A stretch of DNA of 64,000 nt from Bacteriovoracaceae bacterium (GTDB lineage: Bacteria > Bdellovibrionota > Bacteriovoracia > Bacteriovoracales > Bacteriovoracaceae), in the NCBI GenBank assembly GCA_041586955.1, contig JBFGZE010000001.1:1-64000 (forward strand), given 5' to 3'. Shown piece after piece: positions 60,026 to 64,000 of this stretch. Numbering within the stretch: position 1 is the first letter of the stretch; the number at the start of each line of letters is the position of its first letter. A model generated the notes under the pieces. The model saw only the letters and a list, made by a program, of their open reading frames with translations. It ran no database searches and was not told where the DNA came from. The translations under genes and the position numbers were made by a program.

Positions 60026-61349
60026 TAATGAATTTCACATTTCCAGAGAAGCAAAGGCCGCATTGATTTCAATCGTGAGCCCTCGCTTTCCCGAACATTC
60101 CACAACTGAGGAAACCAACCGCTCCCTAACTGAATTAAGGGAATTATTGCGAACCTTGGGTGTCCAGGCAGGCTATCAGCATGTGCAAAACCGCAAGACC
60201 ATTGATGCGGGAACCATCTTGGGCACAGGCAAACTTAAAGAAATCGCAAAAGATGCCAAAGATGATGGTGCCACCTTGCTTGTTTTCGACTTTGAATTGA
60301 CCTCAAGCCAGATTCGCAATATCAAAAAAATAACCGGTCTCTCAGTTGTTGATCGCGTTCATGTCATTTTAGAAATCTTTGCCGAACACGCCCGCACTCG
60401 AGAGGCAAAAATTCAAATTGAAATTGCTCGATTGCAATACGTCTTACCACGGCTCAGTGGTTTTTGGTCCCATCTTGGGCGGCAAAGAGGTGGTGTCGGA
60501 GTTAAAGGTGGCGAAGGTGAACAACAAATTGAACTTGACCGTCGTATTATTCGCGAGCGAATTGAGTTCTATAAAAAAGAACTTAAACTAATCGCAAAAT
60601 CTCGCCACCAACAAAAGAAACGTAGGCAGAACCAGGCCATTACCGTTGCCCTTGTGGGCTATACAAATGCGGGAAAATCCTCTCTCATGAATCGCCTTTG
60701 TAAAGTTGATATCTTGGAAGAAGATAAGCTCTTTGCCACATTAGATTCAACCTTTAGAACGCTTACTCCGGATACCAAGCCCCCTGTCATTCTCATCGAT
60801 ACAGTTGGTTTTATTTCCAATTTACCCAATGCCTTAATTGATGGCTTTAAAACAACATTAGAGTCAGCACTTGAAGCCGATCTCCTTCTTATTGTCTGTG
60901 ATGTCTCCGATCCCAATTATAAAAAGCAATTAGATGTTACCCAAAAAGTTTTAGAGGAGCTGGGAGTAAACGAGAAAGAGCAATTTATTATTTTTAATAA
61001 AAAAGATCTTTTAAAGAATTCGATTAAAGGGAAAATTATCAAAAGAACCCATCCCAATAGTTTCCTGGTTTCCTCCTTCGATCCCAGCGATATGAAAAAT
61101 TTAAGAGAATATATTATTAATTATTTTTTAAAGAAACAGGGCCATTACGATCTCTTCATTCCCTACGACGAAGGAACGGCCCACTCGACCGTGGCCTCAA
61201 AAACAAATATTCTTAAAACCACCAATCACGAAAAGGGTATTTTTTATCGTGTTCGTGTCCCCGATTTTATTTTCCACGGACTTCATCTTGAAAACTTTAT
61301 TTTGGGCCCAGAAGACCCCATCCGGGAAGAATTGACTAAAGAAATTTAG
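60018..61349 (+). CDS. hflX: Ribosome-splitting GTPase HflX
   Basis: ILEIFAEHARTRE, GEQQIELDRR, GYTNAGKS, FATLD, DTVG, NKKD. Confidence 0.96.
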   Translation: MLDNEFHISREAKAALISIVSPRFPEHSTTEETNRSLTELRELLRTLGVQAGYQHVQNRKTIDAGTILGTGKLKEIAKDAKDDGATLLVFDFELTSSQIRNIKKITGLSVVDRVHVILEIFAEHARTREAKIQIEIARLQYVLPRLSGFWSHLGRQRGGVGVKGGEGEQQIELDRRIIRERIEFYKKELKLIAKSRHQQKKRRQNQAITVALVGYTNAGKSSLMNRLCKVDILEEDKLFATLDSTFRTLTPDTKPPVILIDTVGFISNLPNALIDGFKTTLESALEADLLLIVCDVSDPNYKKQLDVTQKVLEELGVNEKEQFIIFNKKDLLKNSIKGKIIKRTHPNSFLVSSFDPSDMKNLREYIINYFLKKQGHYDLFIPYDEGTAHSTVASKTNILKTTNHEKGIFYRVRVPDFIFHGLHLENFILGPEDPIREELTKEI

Positions 61350-61441
61350 CCAAAAATACCACTTCGAAAATAGAGAGTTCCCATTACGATAAAAAGAACC
61401 AGGGAAATTCCCACTCCGACAAATAACCATTCCTTGTCCAT
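61346..61441 (-). CDS. 31-aa single-pass membrane small protein (not in ORF track)
   Basis: AAAGGAG RBS then MDKEWLFVGVGISLVLFIVMGTLYFRSGIFG*; fills the gap exactly. Confidence 0.6.
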   Translation of the reverse strand: MDKEWLFVGVGISLVLFIVMGTLYFRSGIFG

Positions 61442-61461
61442 AACAAGCTCCTTTATAGAAC

Positions 61462-61806
61462 TTATCGGACAAGCCCCTTTTCCATTAACTCTTTGATGGC
61501 ATTTAATGGATTAATGGGCCTTTCCCAATAATAATTTAAAAAAGGTGGTTTTTCCTCCGTACCGCAATAAATCACAGAAATCTGCGTACCTTCAATCACT
61601 TCCTGCCACCTCTCTTTATCCTTGAGCGAGAGAGGCAGCCAATATAATTGATCCATTAGGAGAACCTGGGGGGCGACATCCTTCATTAGCTCTAGCGCAT
61701 CATCCTGACTGTCCAAGGTGTAGATTTCAACTTGAAAATGCTTAGAGGCCATTTCAAACGCCTGGCGGAAGGCCTTTTCCGGGGAGATGAGTCCAATCTG
61801 AATCAC
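61462..61806 (-). CDS. Degenerate receiver (CheY-like) domain protein
   Basis: PQVLLMD, ISVIYCG, ERPI (usual KP replaced); acidic pair after beta1 missing. Confidence 0.55.
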   Translation of the reverse strand: MIQIGLISPEKAFRQAFEMASKHFQVEIYTLDSQDDALELMKDVAPQVLLMDQLYWLPLSLKDKERWQEVIEGTQISVIYCGTEEKPPFLNYYWERPINPLNAIKELMEKGLVR

Positions 61807-61858
61807 GTGAATTGTCCTTGTAATATTGATCTATTGAACCTAAAAATAGATATGATAA

Positions 61859-62134
61859 ATGTCAACTGGAGTCTCTATGCAAGATGTAATTGAAGTTCTT
61901 GACTCCGAGGGTCAAATCTTATTTACGTGTTCCTTATCACAGCGTGATAGGGCCTTTGATTACGCTCGGGAAATGGAAGAGATGGGAATCGAGGTCGCTA
62001 TTCGTGAACCAGGGCTGGTCGAAAGTCTAGGAATTTCTTTAGGTATGGCGCCACATGACCGACAAGCTCTTAAAGACTCATTAGAAAAAGAAATTCAATC
62101 TCACGATTATGGGTGCTGCCTAAAGGACTCCTAG
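61859..62134 (+). CDS. Small hypothetical protein
   Basis: Acidic ORF ending SHDYGCCL; first of three tightly linked genes. Confidence 0.65.
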   Translation: MSTGVSMQDVIEVLDSEGQILFTCSLSQRDRAFDYAREMEEMGIEVAIREPGLVESLGISLGMAPHDRQALKDSLEKEIQSHDYGCCLKDS

Positions 62135-62463
62135 CTTTGGAATTCTTAGAAAACGTCATTCAAAAAATAAAGGCCAGAATTAAAAGCGATCTTTTTATCG
62201 TTAAGGAAGCCCTCGCCAAAGAAACTGATGAAACCAAAGAAATGATTATTACCTATATGAAGTTTTCACAAGGCAAGGCCTCAAAGAAAGAAATGAAATT
62301 GGCCAATAAGCAATTTCAAAGTTTTCTTAAAACCATTGGCCTTGGAACTTTGGCCGTTCTTCCCTTGGCCCCTTTTACTATTCCTCTGATTGTAAAGCTA
62401 GGTCGCCATTTTGGCATTGATATTATTCCCAATAGTTTTAAAAGGCCCTCGAAGGAATTATAA
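62113..62463 (+). CDS. LETM1-like small membrane protein
   Basis: ETKEM...ASKKEMKLANKQF..FLKTIGLG...LPLAPFTIP...DIIPNSF pattern; likely start TTG 62137. Confidence 0.6.
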   Translation: MLPKGLLALEFLENVIQKIKARIKSDLFIVKEALAKETDETKEMIITYMKFSQGKASKKEMKLANKQFQSFLKTIGLGTLAVLPLAPFTIPLIVKLGRHFGIDIIPNSFKRPSKEL

Positions 62464-62945
62464 TGGAACAGCAAGGACTCAAAAAGACTCAAGTGACGGC
62501 CGCTCCTGGTTCACGGCTTAACCGCTTTATCGCCGCCATTATCGATAGTATTATCATTTCAATTCTCTCCCTTCCTGTGACCATGATCAGCAACCAGGTA
62601 ACGAACCAAAGCGATTTAATTGCAATTCCTCATAATTTTGAAACGATGCTCCCGATGATTTTAATTATTAGCATTACCTTTGCTCTTGGTCTGCTTATTG
62701 GACTCCTCTATTATGGTTATTATTACACTAAAAGTGGCCAAACAATTGGAAAGAGAGTCATGGGACTACAAGTTGTTAATGCCGATAGTGGAGAACTCCT
62801 TACCTGGAACGAAGTCATTCTCAGAGAATCTCTTGGTAAAACAGTCTCGATAATTCTGTTAATTGGTTATTTTATGATTTTACTTCGCCAAGATAGGCGT
62901 GCCCTTCATGATCTTATTGGCAACTCAATCGTTATAGATAAATAG
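62463..62945 (+). CDS. RDD family membrane protein
   Basis: RFIAAIID, GQTIGKRVMGLQVV, RE, RRALHD. Confidence 0.92.
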   Translation: MEQQGLKKTQVTAAPGSRLNRFIAAIIDSIIISILSLPVTMISNQVTNQSDLIAIPHNFETMLPMILIISITFALGLLIGLLYYGYYYTKSGQTIGKRVMGLQVVNADSGELLTWNEVILRESLGKTVSIILLIGYFMILLRQDRRALHDLIGNSIVIDK

Positions 62946-63039
62946 CCCTTTTTCCAACATTCATGTAAATCGCCATTGATTCTAGTGAGATATTTTTATA
63001 CTGTGTAGCGGGTAACCTTCAACATGGGGGAATTGTGCA

Positions 63040-64000
63040 ATGAAAAATAAATTTCTTGCCATCCTTTCTGCTCTTTTTATTTTTCCCCATACCTTTGCTA
63101 AAACGTACAATGTTGCAGCGCTCTATTGGAGTATGGAAATTCGCGGTCAAGTGGCGATGAGGTTTGGCCTTGAAGAAATGGCCAAAAATATCAATAAAAA
63201 GGGGCCTGATCAAATCAAGCTCCTCCATTACGTGGCCGGGGATGGGGTCGATGGGATAAGAAACCAAATCAAGCAAATGAAAGAGGCCGTTGATAAAAAG
63301 GTCGACCTTATTATTCTTCAACCTACTGATAGTGCCGCTCTTTCGTCCTCAGTACTCTACGCCAATAAAAAGAAAATACCAGTTATTGCTTATGACCAAT
63401 ATGTCGTTGAAGGAAAAATTGAAGGCTATGTCACCTCCAATAATTTCCAAGCGGGTTATCTCAATGGTGAATATATAGCGAGTCAATACAAAAGCTCATA
63501 CCCGATTCGTATTATTCTTGTTGATTATCCCAAAGTATCTTCGACTATCGAGAGAGTGAATGGATTTTTTCAAGCACTCAAGGATAATAAACAAAGCTAT
63601 AAAGTTATAGCTAATTATCAGGCGGTAGAACCCCTCGCTGGTAAACTTGTCGGGAAAAAAATAATTCGTCATTTCCCTCGAAAAGGAAGTGTCGATGTCA
63701 TTTTTACTGTTAATGATGGAGGTGGACTAGCGGTTGTGAAGGTTATTCAAGAAGCAGGTCGTCATGAGATTAAAGTCGCCACCATTGATGGCGATCCTCT
63801 TTCCATTAAAAACATTACCCAATCAAAAAATACAGTTATCAACAGTGCCCAATTCTGTGCAGAAATAGGTCGCCAAAGCATGCGATTAGGGTACGAATTT
63901 CTTCAAGGTAAAAAGATACCCCGAAAATTATTAGTTCCAACTTTCCCAGTGACCAAAGAATCCATTTCATTTTACCCAGGCTGGAAAGGATCGGTTCCAA
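63040..64000 (+). CDS. Periplasmic sugar-binding protein (RbsB/LacI-type fold), runs off window end
   Basis: Hand translation MKNKFLAIL...KKVDLIILQPTDS...IPVIAYD...SNNFQAG...ERVNGF...TVNDGGGL...IDGD; open to window end. Confidence 0.88.
   Translation, partial: MKNKFLAILSALFIFPHTFAKTYNVAALYWSMEIRGQVAMRFGLEEMAKNINKKGPDQIKLLHYVAGDGVDGIRNQIKQMKEAVDKKVDLIILQPTDSAALSSSVLYANKKKIPVIAYDQYVVEGKIEGYVTSNNFQAGYLNGEYIASQYKSSYPIRIILVDYPKVSSTIERVNGFFQALKDNKQSYKVIANYQAVEPLAGKLVGKKIIRHFPRKGSVDVIFTVNDGGGLAVVKVIQEAGRHEIKVATIDGDPLSIKNITQSKNTVINSAQFCAEIGRQSMRLGYEFLQGKKIPRKLLVPTFPVTKESISFYPGWKGSVP

Overview
AT-rich bacterial chromosomal window. Gene content and style suggest a predatory Bdellovibrionota (Bacteriovoracia-like) genome; this is an inference, since no rRNA is present. 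Core genes: rpsU, rarA, a 2-oxoacid dehydrogenase E2/E3 pair, recJ, a cyclophilin, rsgA, an ABC-F protein, the rho-prfA-prmC-murA operon, ruvX-mltG, dksA, lnt, kdsD, suhB, yacG, a pantothenate/CoA operon (ilvC-like, panB, coaX, coaBC, panC) ending in hflX, tRNA-Gly(GCC) and tRNA-Arg(TCT). Interspersed are many secreted or surface proteins: tandem endonuclease I paralogs, an 8-repeat Ig-like/vWA lipoprotein, a polysaccharide deacetylase, an S8 protease and several orphans. No CRISPR array, integrase or transposase was seen. The best leads are: (1) a two-gene secreted module behind a sigma54-type promoter, pairing a Trp-rich His/Cys-dyad protein with a partner carrying an (RPIP[VI])5 repeat; (2) a MurA-HIT fusion; (3) a DEDDh exonuclease-WYL fusion; (4) a lipoprotein gene interrupted by one in-frame TGA; (5) a multi-hairpin candidate RNA in the dksA 3' region; (6) an uncalled 31-aa membrane sORF. 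All family calls come from motif recognition by eye; no database searches were run.
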